A DNA stretch of 64,000 nucleotides from a phage: sequence record NC_101835.1; one strand, written 5' to 3'. A model generated the notes under the pieces. That model was not told the origin of the DNA and ran no database searches. It saw only the letters and a list, made by a program, of their open reading frames with translations. Within the stretch, counting starts at the first letter, position 1, and every line of letters starts with the position of its first letter. The position numbers and the translations under genes are program-made. This document shows, in pieces, positions 38,252 through 47,524 of this stretch.

Positions 38252-39181
38252 ATGCGTTTAGGAGAACAGTTATCACGAGAAGAAGTGTTTATCAAGAAAG
38301 CTACTGATAAGCATGGTGACAAGTATGATTACTCCAAAGTTGTATACAAAAACAACACAACACCTGTGAATATAGTGTGCAACAAGTGTGGTACAGTTTT
38401 TAGTAAAACTCCTAAGTCTCACCTTATAGGCGCAGGATGCCCAGATTGTAAGAACAGGGAGTTAAGTGAGAGATTCCGAATGTCTAAGGAGGAGTTTGTA
38501 AAAAGGGCAACAGAACTGCACAAGGGGAAGTATGACTACTCTCTTGTAAAAAGTTTTTCTAACAGGAACGACACTGTTACTATTATTTGCCCCATCCACG
38601 GAGAGTTCAAGCAGACAGTTGCAAATCATTTAGCTGGTGGGTGCTACAAGTGTGGAAAAAGAGCGACAGCTAAAAAGATGAGGAAGTCTAAAGATAGATT
38701 CATAGAGGATGCTACTCAACTACACGGAGACATATATGACTATTCAGAAGTGAAGTATGTGAATACCCACACTCCTGTAACCATTATCTGCAAGTCTTGC
38801 GGGTGTAAGTTTCTTCAACAGCCTGCAAACCACCTGTGCGGTAACGGTTGCCCAGAATGCTCTACTTCAGGATTCAGGCAGAGTACTAAAGAGAGCTGTC
38901 TGTACCTTCTTGTTGATGATCTTACCATTCCCACGGTTATAAAAGTTGGGGTGACTATCAATCTACAGAGCAGACTATACAACATAAGAAGGAACACAAA
39001 TTTTCCTGTTCACGTGCTTAAAGTATTTACTTTCGAGCAGGGGTGTGCTACCATGCAGCTTGAAAAATTGGTGCATAAAGTCTTTGCAGATCGCAACTGC
39101 CACTTCGAAGGTTTCGACGGGGCAACGGAGTGGTTCTGGTACTCTCATGATATTGTAGAGTTTCTAGAAGACAATTGTTGA
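38252..39181 (+). CDS. free-standing homing-endonuclease-like protein, paralog of 35281..36213
   Basis: Same architecture: three HGDKYDY/zinc-ribbon repeats and C-terminal T5orf172-like domain (EWFWY). Confidence 0.5.
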   Translation: MRLGEQLSREEVFIKKATDKHGDKYDYSKVVYKNNTTPVNIVCNKCGTVFSKTPKSHLIGAGCPDCKNRELSERFRMSKEEFVKRATELHKGKYDYSLVKSFSNRNDTVTIICPIHGEFKQTVANHLAGGCYKCGKRATAKKMRKSKDRFIEDATQLHGDIYDYSEVKYVNTHTPVTIICKSCGCKFLQQPANHLCGNGCPECSTSGFRQSTKESCLYLLVDDLTIPTVIKVGVTINLQSRLYNIRRNTNFPVHVLKVFTFEQGCATMQLEKLVHKVFADRNCHFEGFDGATEWFWYSHDIVEFLEDNC

Positions 39182-39236
39182 CAAACAGATAAGCTTTAGG
39201 TATTATTATCGGACAAAACAAGGAGAAGGAGATAGT

Positions 39237-39548
39237 ATGGCTACAATACAAGAGAGACTGAATAAAATATACTGCCTGTTTGTCTATAACGGCGAGACAA
39301 TTTTGGCAAATAAAGGATCCAAGAATGTGTGGATCAAGGACAGTGGTGGTAATATAATCAACTTAGCGTTGCTACGTGAGCGCCGACACAGATTCTTTAT
39401 CGAGTCTCGGATTATTGAAAGCAGCACCTGCTACAGAACAGGCGATAAAGTAATTGTTGACAATGATACGTGGTATGTGGTAGACTGGCAATCATTGAGC
39501 TGTGATGCTTCTGACAATCGTAAGTATTCCCTAGTGATTGCTAAATAA
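39237..39548 (+). CDS. hypothetical protein (103 aa)
   Basis: GGAG RBS. Confidence 0.35.
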   Translation: MATIQERLNKIYCLFVYNGETILANKGSKNVWIKDSGGNIINLALLRERRHRFFIESRIIESSTCYRTGDKVIVDNDTWYVVDWQSLSCDASDNRKYSLVIAK

Positions 39549-39608
39549 AGGTAAATGTGAATCAGTTTTAAATAAATAGCTTTCAACTTCCAATATTAAG
39601 GATTTCTC

Positions 39609-40658
39609 ATGAATTTAACACCTCGCAGCACCATGGTACACGGCATGAAAGAAAAACAGAACGGTTTCGAACCTATGAGTAATAAAATGTTTGGTATGCC
39701 GGGTGGTATTATGGAAACATACAGCTACCCAACACCTGTTGTTGACCACGTTCTTTATATCGACGATTTGGAAGACTTACAAGATCATATGTCTCGTCTG
39801 CAGACGATCCGTATGGCTCAGCCAGAAGAAAGTATCCGTGTAATCATTAACAGTCCTGGTGGTTGCGTTCACATTGCTATGGCGTATTTGCAGGCATTCC
39901 GCGAGTCTCAGGCAAGCGTTGTTGCACATGCTGAAGGGATGTGCTGCTCTGCTGGAACAATCTTATGGCTTGGTTGTAAAGAACGTACTGTGGCTCCGGA
40001 CACAGAGTTTATGTTCCACTACTATCAAGGTGGCACTTATGGTAACGGTGTGAACATGAATACTCAGGTCAGCTACTGGAAAAAACGTTTTGAACGCCTG
40101 ATCGAAAAATACTACGGTGGGGTGCTGACAGAAGATGAGATCGCATCCATCACAGCTGGTGGCGAAGTGTGGTTGGACGGAGAAGAGCTGGCAGCACGCA
40201 CTGGAGCTATTATTCTGGATGAAGGCAACATACAACGCATCCAGAACGGACAAAAACCGAAAAAGCTTCTGGCAAAAGGTGATGAAGAAGGCGTGTTAGG
40301 TGAAGCAGGTCTTCCGGAGATTCACCAGTGCACATCTTTAGATGAGTTAGTTCATGCTGTTGAATCTGCAAAAGCGGGTGGTTCGAAAGGTGATGTTCAC
40401 ACTGTGTTCCTGAATCTGCAGATGGAAAGTGGCGAGACCGTCAGAATTGCCCTGAGTGAGATTACTTCAGAAGATCTGCAGAGATTCTCTGTCGTTGAAC
40501 TTCAGGATATTCTGTCTCAATTGAAGACTACTCTGAACGGCGGTGAAGAGGTTAAGGTGAAAGATAAGACTCGCAAGCGTCTGGTGGACAATATTATTAA
40601 AACAGCAAAAGAGCTCAATGAAAAAATCCTGGGTGCAGGAATTGTCGAAGAAGCTTAA
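39609..40658 (+). CDS. ClpP-family (S14) serine protease-like protein with ~150-aa C-terminal extension
   Basis: IINSPGGCV, catalytic-Ser context GMCCSAGT, His in FMFHYY, as in ClpP. Confidence 0.6.
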   Translation: MNLTPRSTMVHGMKEKQNGFEPMSNKMFGMPGGIMETYSYPTPVVDHVLYIDDLEDLQDHMSRLQTIRMAQPEESIRVIINSPGGCVHIAMAYLQAFRESQASVVAHAEGMCCSAGTILWLGCKERTVAPDTEFMFHYYQGGTYGNGVNMNTQVSYWKKRFERLIEKYYGGVLTEDEIASITAGGEVWLDGEELAARTGAIILDEGNIQRIQNGQKPKKLLAKGDEEGVLGEAGLPEIHQCTSLDELVHAVESAKAGGSKGDVHTVFLNLQMESGETVRIALSEITSEDLQRFSVVELQDILSQLKTTLNGGEEVKVKDKTRKRLVDNIIKTAKELNEKILGAGIVEEA

Positions 40659-40669
40659 ACATTAATTCT

Positions 40670-40696
40670 AAAGCCCTCTTCGGAGGGCTTTTATGA
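40670..40696 (+). terminator. rho-independent terminator
   Basis: AAGCCCTC-ttcg-GAGGGCTT followed by TTTA. Confidence 0.5.
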
Positions 40697-40709
40697 TCTG
40701 GAGATTTGC

Positions 40710-41243
40710 ATGACTTGTGCTAGAAAACCTGATGAACAACGTAACGCCTACGATGAGTATGTGACACCGGAGTGGTGTGCAGAAGGGCTGTATGACCTTA
40801 TTCCGTTCCCAGAAGACTGGACCTACTTAGAGCCTTGCAGGAATAGTGCCTCAGGTGTGTTCTACTCCCGTATGCCGTTAGGATCTGCATGGGGAGAAAT
40901 ACAAGAAGGTGTTGACTATCTGAATACAGAATACAACCATGTTGACTGTATTATCACCAACCCACCATACAGCCTGGCTCGTGAGTTTGTAGACAAGGCG
41001 TTGAAAGATGCTGACGTAGTTATTATGCTTTTGCGTCTTAATTTTCTGGAAAGCAAAGCCAGATTTGAATGGTGGCTTGATAATGCACCTACTACTGTGA
41101 TCACAATATCTAAGCGTCCATCATTTCAATCAAACGGCAGAACTGACGGGCAAGCATATGCGTATTTTGTGTGGGATAAGAAAAACCGTTTAGACTTGCC
41201 GCCGTTTATGTGGTTGGCACCCCCAGAGGTAGACCTGAAATGA
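40710..41243 (+). CDS. small phage Dam-like DNA N6-adenine methyltransferase
   Basis: ~177 aa with ITNPPY motif. Confidence 0.55.
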   Translation: MTCARKPDEQRNAYDEYVTPEWCAEGLYDLIPFPEDWTYLEPCRNSASGVFYSRMPLGSAWGEIQEGVDYLNTEYNHVDCIITNPPYSLAREFVDKALKDADVVIMLLRLNFLESKARFEWWLDNAPTTVITISKRPSFQSNGRTDGQAYAYFVWDKKNRLDLPPFMWLAPPEVDLK

Positions 41244-41524
41244 AAATGAGTGCTAAGGACAAATTACACCAGCTAGCGCTAAAACGCCCTGTAACGCTCC
41301 CTGACGAGCTTAACTCCATTTATGATGCGATTGTAGGGGAGATACAAAATAAAGCGTTAGCAGGCTTTCTGGGGTGCGGATTTTCGATAAATCTACCCTC
41401 GCATCTCTCAGATTACTTCCCGCACATTGTTGGAGATTTAAGGGCAGGAGGTCTGCAGGTAGATGTTGTTGGCATCTCCCCAGAGAAAAATAATACGGTT
41501 GCCTACTTGACAGTAACCTGGTAG
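41210..41524 (+). CDS. hypothetical protein (104 aa)
   Basis: ORF in co-directional block. Confidence 0.3.
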   Translation: MVGTPRGRPEMKMSAKDKLHQLALKRPVTLPDELNSIYDAIVGEIQNKALAGFLGCGFSINLPSHLSDYFPHIVGDLRAGGLQVDVVGISPEKNNTVAYLTVTW

Positions 41525-41800
41525 TTGTGTATTGTTGTTTTCAACAAGAGGGGGTCATTTATGTACAAGTCATTTTCAATCTACTCAAGACAGGCGAAAC
41601 ACTACACAGAGATCCTGATCACTCAGAAAAAATCTGTGGAAGGTGAGTGGGAATATCACCATAAAATGTTGCGTCCAGACTGGGTTTTTGATAGACTTAT
41701 TGCTATGATCCCTCTCGGAGAAGTATACCCTCTGACAGCCCATCGCGATGCTTGGGATTTAATTGATTACATAGATTCATTTAAGGAGCCTAGATTATGA
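41525..41800 (+). CDS. hypothetical protein (91 aa)
   Basis: ORF in co-directional block; start may be internal. Confidence 0.3.
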   Translation: MCIVVFNKRGSFMYKSFSIYSRQAKHYTEILITQKKSVEGEWEYHHKMLRPDWVFDRLIAMIPLGEVYPLTAHRDAWDLIDYIDSFKEPRL

Positions 41801-42195
41801 AGATTGAGATTACTAAAGAAGGTAAGAAAGTGTCCGGCAACTATGCAACAGTAATTCGGGATTTAATGTTTGAAGCCACCAAGATCGGTACATCTAAAGT
41901 TGGTCAAACTGTTAGTGTGAAAAGTAATATCTCCACAGGAGAGAAGGTATTCATTGTGGTCAAAGGGCAGGATCCCGTGGAAGGAACAGTGGGCCGAGGT
42001 GGCTACCTGTGCATTTCTGAAGAGCCGCGTATGTTAGTGGCTGACGCTACTATGGGTGGGAAACGTGTGTGCGAGGCGGATGAGGTAATGATTATCCAAC
42101 CTGTTGATCCAGATGACCCAGCAACTTGGGTGGTAGGAAATGAAATCTTCTCTTTAGAAGAGTTATCCTTCCCAGCACCGCGCTCTGTTCAGTAA
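41797..42195 (+). CDS. hypothetical protein (132 aa), possibly distant member of small-protein family A
   Basis: Translationally coupled; VFIVVKG element. Confidence 0.35.
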   Translation: MKIEITKEGKKVSGNYATVIRDLMFEATKIGTSKVGQTVSVKSNISTGEKVFIVVKGQDPVEGTVGRGGYLCISEEPRMLVADATMGGKRVCEADEVMIIQPVDPDDPATWVVGNEIFSLEELSFPAPRSVQ

Positions 42196-42232
42196 TAATT
42201 TATCTTACCAGGGACGGTAGGTAGGAGGTAGC

Positions 42233-42466
42233 ATGAAAGTTAAATTTCTTACAGATTTAGGGTACCCTTCCTTGGTTGACTGTGTTGGTAAAATTGTGGA
42301 AGCAAAACGGCTATCTGCAAACGAGAATGTTGTCCTGGTTAAAGGGAAGGATTTACTAGCTGCAGGTGCAGAGTCTGGCAGGATCTCTCCTGATTATATG
42401 TATTACCTATCTTTAAGTAATCTGCCAGAGCGAGGCGGTAAAGGCCTTGAAGTTGTGGAGGAGTGA
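42233..42466 (+). CDS. small acidic protein, paralog family A
   Basis: MKVKFL..., VLVKGKDLLAAGA, C-terminal EVVEE. Confidence 0.4.
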   Translation: MKVKFLTDLGYPSLVDCVGKIVEAKRLSANENVVLVKGKDLLAAGAESGRISPDYMYYLSLSNLPERGGKGLEVVEE

Positions 42467-42996
42467 CAGGTATGCTTCTGATTAACTGGGAAGACCTCTA
42501 TGGGGACAAAGACCCTGTTGCGTTTGTTGATCGTAGGTGGAGATACACTGAAGAACAACTGGCGGCAAAAAATTTAACTGCAAAACGCAGAAAGATCATC
42601 CAGTGCAAGTACAAATACGCACAGTTTGCTGCAAAAGTGTCTCCACAAATCGAGAGCTTTGTGCTTAAATTGTATGACGAGTACCTCAAATTCAAATTGG
42701 ATTTTGTGCAGGTGTACCGTGCACAGGTACGACCAGATACCAACATATGTAGATGGAAGGTTGTTTGTGAAGGTAAAGATTTGCCGCTCAGCTTGACAAT
42801 TGAGTGGCGTTATGGGTATCATGAGTGTGGTCTGTATGATATTTGGGATGTCATTGTAGATCCTGCTAAGCATCTGAACACAGAGGAGCTGGAATATATC
42901 AATAAGGTTATTCTCGATATGTTTTTCAGCTACACACATGAAAACTCTGAGAAAGAACGGGATAATTTTCTTGACACCCTCAGCGACCATTTGTAG
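42463..42996 (+). CDS. hypothetical protein (177 aa)
   Basis: Translationally coupled ORF. Confidence 0.4.
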   Translation: MTGMLLINWEDLYGDKDPVAFVDRRWRYTEEQLAAKNLTAKRRKIIQCKYKYAQFAAKVSPQIESFVLKLYDEYLKFKLDFVQVYRAQVRPDTNICRWKVVCEGKDLPLSLTIEWRYGYHECGLYDIWDVIVDPAKHLNTEELEYINKVILDMFFSYTHENSEKERDNFLDTLSDHL

Positions 42997-43026
42997 TATA
43001 CAATTTAACCTACAAAGGGAGGACCA

Positions 43027-43254
43027 ATGAGTATAAATGTTGTGCTAATAGGTTACCTGGTAATGTCCGTTATAACAGCGGTATTCTTGACAGGTGTATG
43101 CATCGTGTCCAGACGAAGGGTGAAGTTTGATGATTTTATCACCATCATCACTGCTGCACCTTTTTGGCCTGTTGTTATCTTCATCGTAATAATGTGCCTA
43201 GTTGATTACTACAAGAATATCAGGAAGGAGAGTAGGGATGGAGACCGCACCTAA
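43027..43254 (+). CDS. small membrane protein (75 aa)
   Basis: Two predicted TM helices; GGAG RBS. Confidence 0.35.
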   Translation: MSINVVLIGYLVMSVITAVFLTGVCIVSRRRVKFDDFITIITAAPFWPVVIFIVIMCLVDYYKNIRKESRDGDRT

Positions 43255-43455
43255 AACTATCTATACTGTTCTTAAAGAGATTGCGTTCTACGCAGATCTT
43301 AGCCAGGCACCTTTATGGGAAAAGAGCATGTATTTAAAATGGTGCGTTAATTTAGGGAGACCTTCCAGTGTTTCAAGCCATGTTTATTGAGATGCTATCT
43401 GGGATATTGTTACTGGTAGCCATCTTAGGTGGTGCAGTTCTGATGTATAACTATC

Positions 43456-43659
43456 TTGAAAAAGGAGACAGCAATGGTAAAAAATAAATCTTTAGAGCAG
43501 GCTGAAAACCTTCTCCACGAGCTGGTAAAGGAGTGGAAAGTTGAATACTCAGATTTTAATGCACGAGAGGGTGAAGATTATTGGCCTACGGAGCGCTCAG
43601 AGGGCGAATGGTATCAAGATTTTATAGAGTGGTTATATCAGACGTGCGATGAGGGGTGA
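43456..43659 (+). CDS. hypothetical protein (67 aa)
   Basis: GGAGA RBS. Confidence 0.3.
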   Translation: MKKETAMVKNKSLEQAENLLHELVKEWKVEYSDFNAREGEDYWPTERSEGEWYQDFIEWLYQTCDEG

Positions 43660-44126
43660 CGATGTTTGTTAAATATGTAAAAACGTGCCTCAACAGTCTT
43701 GGCAGAGAGCATTGGTACACCTTGCTTGAAAAAGGGGAAATTTTAACAAAATCTGGAAAGATAACTTTGATACCTCTTGATAGTAAAGGTAAAGACCCGT
43801 CACGACTTGTTATAGATGATTACGTTACAGGTGTGACGTTCGAGGTCTCTGTGGAGAGGTTAATACGCAGAGCTGGCGGCCCTTATGACCGAAGAGAGTA
43901 TGTTTTCGATTCCGTTACAGAGATGGGGGAGCATCCGTCTTTAATGTTCAGGATGGTAATCAGAGATATGAGGTCATCTATAGATAGGATCGTAAAGGAC
44001 ATTAAGGAACCTTTTAGAGTAAAAGTTAAGAAGTTTTTCGATTCTAAGATTAACATACTCGCCGTTGCACTAGGTGTAGTTCAACTTCTGTTAATTTTGC
44101 ACTATTTTGAACTGCTATTTAAGTAG
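43656..44126 (+). CDS. hypothetical protein with C-terminal TM helix (156 aa)
   Basis: Coupled ORF; hydrophobic C-terminus. Confidence 0.35.
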   Translation: MTMFVKYVKTCLNSLGREHWYTLLEKGEILTKSGKITLIPLDSKGKDPSRLVIDDYVTGVTFEVSVERLIRRAGGPYDRREYVFDSVTEMGEHPSLMFRMVIRDMRSSIDRIVKDIKEPFRVKVKKFFDSKINILAVALGVVQLLLILHYFELLFK

Positions 44127-44188
44127 TAGTTGAGATATGGCACAAAGGATGTGCCATAGTGAAATAAACTAAGAAAGAGGTAGAGAGA

Positions 44189-44536
44189 ATGCCAAAGATT
44201 AAAACGTTATTACTGTGGGTAGCTGTTTTAGCTTTTATAGGGTACTGGACTTGGGAAACTGAATTAAAAGATATCGGATATACCAGTCTTGAGAGCAAGG
44301 CGTGCATTGGCATAACCGATGCGTTCAGGCAAAATGCTATGGATCACGAATGTGTTGATGCAGATATAGATGAGAAACTGTCTAAGGACAAAGATTTTTA
44401 CCATGGGCATGCTTTACTTGATAGTGGTGACACTGTAGAGTTCTGGTCGTGGTTTCGTGAAGATGGAACAATAAAAACAGCAGTAAAGATCTCTAACAAA
44501 GAGTTAATGCTGTTGCAGCAAAAGGAGGCTCAATGA
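44189..44536 (+). CDS. hypothetical protein with N-terminal signal/TM (115 aa)
   Basis: GAGG RBS; hydrophobic N-terminus. Confidence 0.35.
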   Translation: MPKIKTLLLWVAVLAFIGYWTWETELKDIGYTSLESKACIGITDAFRQNAMDHECVDADIDEKLSKDKDFYHGHALLDSGDTVEFWSWFREDGTIKTAVKISNKELMLLQQKEAQ

Positions 44537-44820
44537 TCTGGATATCCTATGCTGATGGCACCATGCTGTATACTGCAGGTACCAGATATGAAGTTCAGGA
44601 GAACGATAAAAAATTTATCGTAAAAACATTTGACAAGGACGACAACCTTTTGCTAGAATTGACTTACAAAGTTGGAGAGGTATCCAATATCCAGTTGGAT
44701 TGTGGTCATAAAGATAATCCACTCAAAAAACCTGGAGTAGGTAAGGCTTCAGAAGAACGTCTGTCTCGTATTGCAGAAAGCGTTTCTCCCCAAAAATCTA
44801 AGAAGAGGACTAGAAAATGA
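44533..44820 (+). CDS. hypothetical protein (95 aa)
   Basis: Coupled ORF. Confidence 0.35.
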   Translation: MIWISYADGTMLYTAGTRYEVQENDKKFIVKTFDKDDNLLLELTYKVGEVSNIQLDCGHKDNPLKKPGVGKASEERLSRIAESVSPQKSKKRTRK

Positions 44821-45011
44821 AAAACTTACGTTTTAACACTTATTACTACAACACATTGAATGATTTGTATTATATTGTTCGAAGTAAAAGTCCTGAAACA
44901 GTCCTATTCTGCCGCGAACCTTTCAAAGGGGAGGAAGTAGAGTCTGAGATGAATGTTAGCCAGATCACCTCTTTGTTGCTCTCAGGCGCAATGGAAGAAG
45001 CAATATTCTAA
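44817..45011 (+). CDS. hypothetical protein (64 aa)
   Basis: Coupled ORF. Confidence 0.3.
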   Translation: MKNLRFNTYYYNTLNDLYYIVRSKSPETVLFCREPFKGEEVESEMNVSQITSLLLSGAMEEAIF

Positions 45012-45029
45012 ACCAGGCAGGAGGGTTTT

Positions 45030-45218
45030 ATGAAGCACTATTGCCTGTCTGGTAGAATGGGTGCAGATTGTGATTGGGTTTTCTTAAAACTTGTCAGCAT
45101 TCGAGAGTTCATCCCAGAGGAAGAGCAAGAAAGCGAGCTGATGTCATGGATCAACCATTACGGTAACACTTTTCGGCATGTTAAGGTAGAAGAGTTGCCA
45201 AGCGAGGCTGAATTATGA
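45030..45218 (+). CDS. hypothetical protein (62 aa)
   Basis: AGGAGGG RBS. Confidence 0.3.
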   Translation: MKHYCLSGRMGADCDWVFLKLVSIREFIPEEEQESELMSWINHYGNTFRHVKVEELPSEAEL

Positions 45219-45511
45219 AACTTTTTGAGTGGTTTAAAAAGTTTAAATATAAAGCTGTAGCCATCGTGCCGTGGTCCATTCAGTGGGTTGATGAAGGTGG
45301 TCTACCGATACCTGGTGACAAAGATACTGGGTACTGGATTATGATGGAGAACGGGTTTGGAAAGCGAAAGTATACGTGCACAAACTCTACTCGATCTGCA
45401 CTTAATAGAGTGCCTGGTTACAAACTTATGGTTGTGTGGAAAATGTCAGGCGTGCCTCCAGCCAATGCTCAATTTCTTACTGACAATCCGACCACGGTAG
45501 AGGGAGATTGA
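45215..45511 (+). CDS. hypothetical protein (98 aa)
   Basis: Coupled ORF. Confidence 0.35.
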   Translation: MKLFEWFKKFKYKAVAIVPWSIQWVDEGGLPIPGDKDTGYWIMMENGFGKRKYTCTNSTRSALNRVPGYKLMVVWKMSGVPPANAQFLTDNPTTVEGD

Positions 45512-45795
45512 TAATGAAAAAGATTAACAGTAGTGAAGTAGAGTTTAAACTTGTCGGAAAAGGCACTTACTGGGAAGTTCGTCAAAAGGTATATTTGTTC
45601 GGTCTTATTCCCTACTGGTCTAAATTCTACTGGGGAGCTAACGAGTTGGGAAGATACGCCACCAAATCAATGGCACTTATTGGTATAGCAGAGTACATTG
45701 CAGCCCGAGACAGGGTTGGAACCACTTATTACTACACTGCTGACGATATTCGTAACAGTGTTTACGTCCCACAACCACCTGATGGAGACCGTTGA
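45508..45795 (+). CDS. hypothetical protein (95 aa)
   Basis: Coupled ORF. Confidence 0.35.
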   Translation: MIMKKINSSEVEFKLVGKGTYWEVRQKVYLFGLIPYWSKFYWGANELGRYATKSMALIGIAEYIAARDRVGTTYYYTADDIRNSVYVPQPPDGDR

Positions 45796-46019
45796 TGAAA
45801 GTTAAAGTTTTAGATTCAAGCTTCTATATTGGTCAGGAGCCTTTAGTAGGAAAAGTGTTTACTGCTGTCCCTAACGAAGATTACCCTGACCTTTTAAAAA
45901 TAAAAGGAGCAGATCTTATTGCCGCTGGTGCATCTCAAGAATGCTTTGACAGTCAGTGGACCTATAACTTTGCCCTAGGTGAGGATGTAGAGGTAGTGGA
46001 GGACGATCATGAAGGTTAA
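45792..46019 (+). CDS. small acidic protein, paralog family A
   Basis: MKVKVL..., KIKGADLIAAGA, C-terminal VEVVEDD. Confidence 0.4.
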   Translation: MMKVKVLDSSFYIGQEPLVGKVFTAVPNEDYPDLLKIKGADLIAAGASQECFDSQWTYNFALGEDVEVVEDDHEG

Positions 46020-46263
46020 AATTCTTGATTCTAACGTCTACTTGGGACAATCCTTCCTGAATGGAAAGGTCGTTCCTGCGGTATACTTTGAAGGGTTGCC
46101 GTGGGATGATCCTGTGCGGCAACATCACAGTTATGTAGGCCACAACGTGGTGTTTATCTTGGGATCAGACCTGATCACCGCTGGTGCACCTGAATATTAT
46201 TTCGGGGAAGAGTCCTACTATGCCTTTGGGGTAGGGTCAGATGCAGATATTGTAGAGCTGTGA
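46009..46263 (+). CDS. small acidic protein, paralog family A
   Basis: MKVKIL..., ILGSDLITAGA, C-terminal DIVEL. Confidence 0.4.
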   Translation: MKVKILDSNVYLGQSFLNGKVVPAVYFEGLPWDDPVRQHHSYVGHNVVFILGSDLITAGAPEYYFGEESYYAFGVGSDADIVEL

Positions 46264-46275
46264 TGGGTAACCGTT

Positions 46276-46674
46276 GTGAAAAATAAACTGTTTAAAGTTA
46301 CAATGAAAATTCGCGGGGCTTGGAGCGTAAAGCAAGGGCGTATTCCAGAATTTGAGAAAGACTTCTACGTAGTCTCCACCTCGGAGGAGGCTGCATGCTG
46401 GCAGGCTGGCTATGCCTATGCAAGAACCTGGTACGAAGGATACCAGACTGGGGGCTATGACGGAGAAATTATCAGCAAGGGTGTAGAAGAAATTAATGTG
46501 TTGACAAGTGAAAAAGTTTTTGTTATAGTGCATCCAGATTCCAGAGTGAAGCATTACTGGAATGCCAGAACAAAAACTTGGACACCGTTTGCAGATTCTG
46601 CTACGCCACTTTTAAACCAGAAAGCTCTTGACTCTGCCCCAAGTTATGGGGTTGTTGAAGAAAAGCTAAACTGA
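46276..46674 (+). CDS. hypothetical protein, paralog family B
   Basis: Shares HPDSRVKHYWNARTKTWTP-type segment with 48486..48881. Confidence 0.4.
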   Translation: MKNKLFKVTMKIRGAWSVKQGRIPEFEKDFYVVSTSEEAACWQAGYAYARTWYEGYQTGGYDGEIISKGVEEINVLTSEKVFVIVHPDSRVKHYWNARTKTWTPFADSATPLLNQKALDSAPSYGVVEEKLN

Positions 46675-46691
46675 AACAGTGAGGTGTCACC

Positions 46692-46982
46692 ATGATGGAT
46701 TTAATTCTAAATATTGATAACGCAGGAGAGTTTAAAGACGATGGTGTAACAAGCATGGACAAACCCTGCTCTGCTAAGGTTGACTCAAAATGGACCTACA
46801 AGTTTGACGGAGAGATCTTCGCAAATGATGAGAAGGTTGTAGATGCTGCAGCCATTTTAAACGCTCTAGGGTACGACCCTGTGAATTCTTTGATCAAGGA
46901 TCCTGTTGAGTTTGCAGAGTATGTTCGAAAAATGGCAGATCTTGCTGTGGATATTTTAAAAACTATCGACAACAAGCTGTAA
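46692..46982 (+). CDS. hypothetical protein (96 aa)
   Basis: ORF with RBS. Confidence 0.35.
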   Translation: MMDLILNIDNAGEFKDDGVTSMDKPCSAKVDSKWTYKFDGEIFANDEKVVDAAAILNALGYDPVNSLIKDPVEFAEYVRKMADLAVDILKTIDNKL

Positions 46983-47066
46983 AAACTGTTGACACAACGC
47001 TTCAGATTTAGTATCATTGTTTTCAAAGAGAGATAGTTATTCCCTCTTCCTTAAAAGGAACACGTT

Positions 47067-47387
47067 ATGCAAATTGAAATCACTGGCAACAATGTAGAAA
47101 TCACAGAAGGTATGGTATCTTTTATTTCCCGCAAAATGTCCAAGCTGGAGCGTTTACATCCCTCTGTTAACTATGCACGTGTGAGTGTAAAAGTTGAAAA
47201 TGATCACCAGGAAGTTATGGCGTTCATTTTTGACAATTCTGGAAAAGAAGTTATTGCCAAGGCTAAAGGCAGTGATGCTTACGAGGCAACTGACCGTATG
47301 GTAGATGTTGCAGCACGTCAGCTGGCTAAATGCGGTGGAAAGAAAGGTAAGGGGAAAGGCAAAGTAAAGATTGACTTTGGAGAATGA
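47067..47387 (+). CDS. hpf: ribosome hibernation promoting factor / RaiA (YfiA) family homolog
   Basis: Recalled alignment to E. coli HPF: MQIEITGNNVEITEG, KLE, VKVE, ...ARQLAK; C-terminal Lys/Gly-rich tail. Confidence 0.7.
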   Translation: MQIEITGNNVEITEGMVSFISRKMSKLERLHPSVNYARVSVKVENDHQEVMAFIFDNSGKEVIAKAKGSDAYEATDRMVDVAARQLAKCGGKKGKGKGKVKIDFGE

Positions 47388-47396
47388 GGTGCTACA

Positions 47397-47498
47397 ATGG
47401 GTGTGATTAAGAAATTAGTCCCAAATGTAGAGATTGCATGCTTTGAAATTATGTTTGCAATCGCAGTTGTAGTTAATGTGTTAGGTTACGGCTATTAA
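47397..47498 (+). CDS. small hydrophobic peptide (33 aa), tentative
   Basis: GAGGT RBS; hydrophobic; below ORF-track cutoff. Confidence 0.2.
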   Translation: MGVIKKLVPNVEIACFEIMFAIAVVVNVLGYGY

Positions 47499-47524
47499 TA
47501 TCAAATAATTGAGGAGACCTCTAA

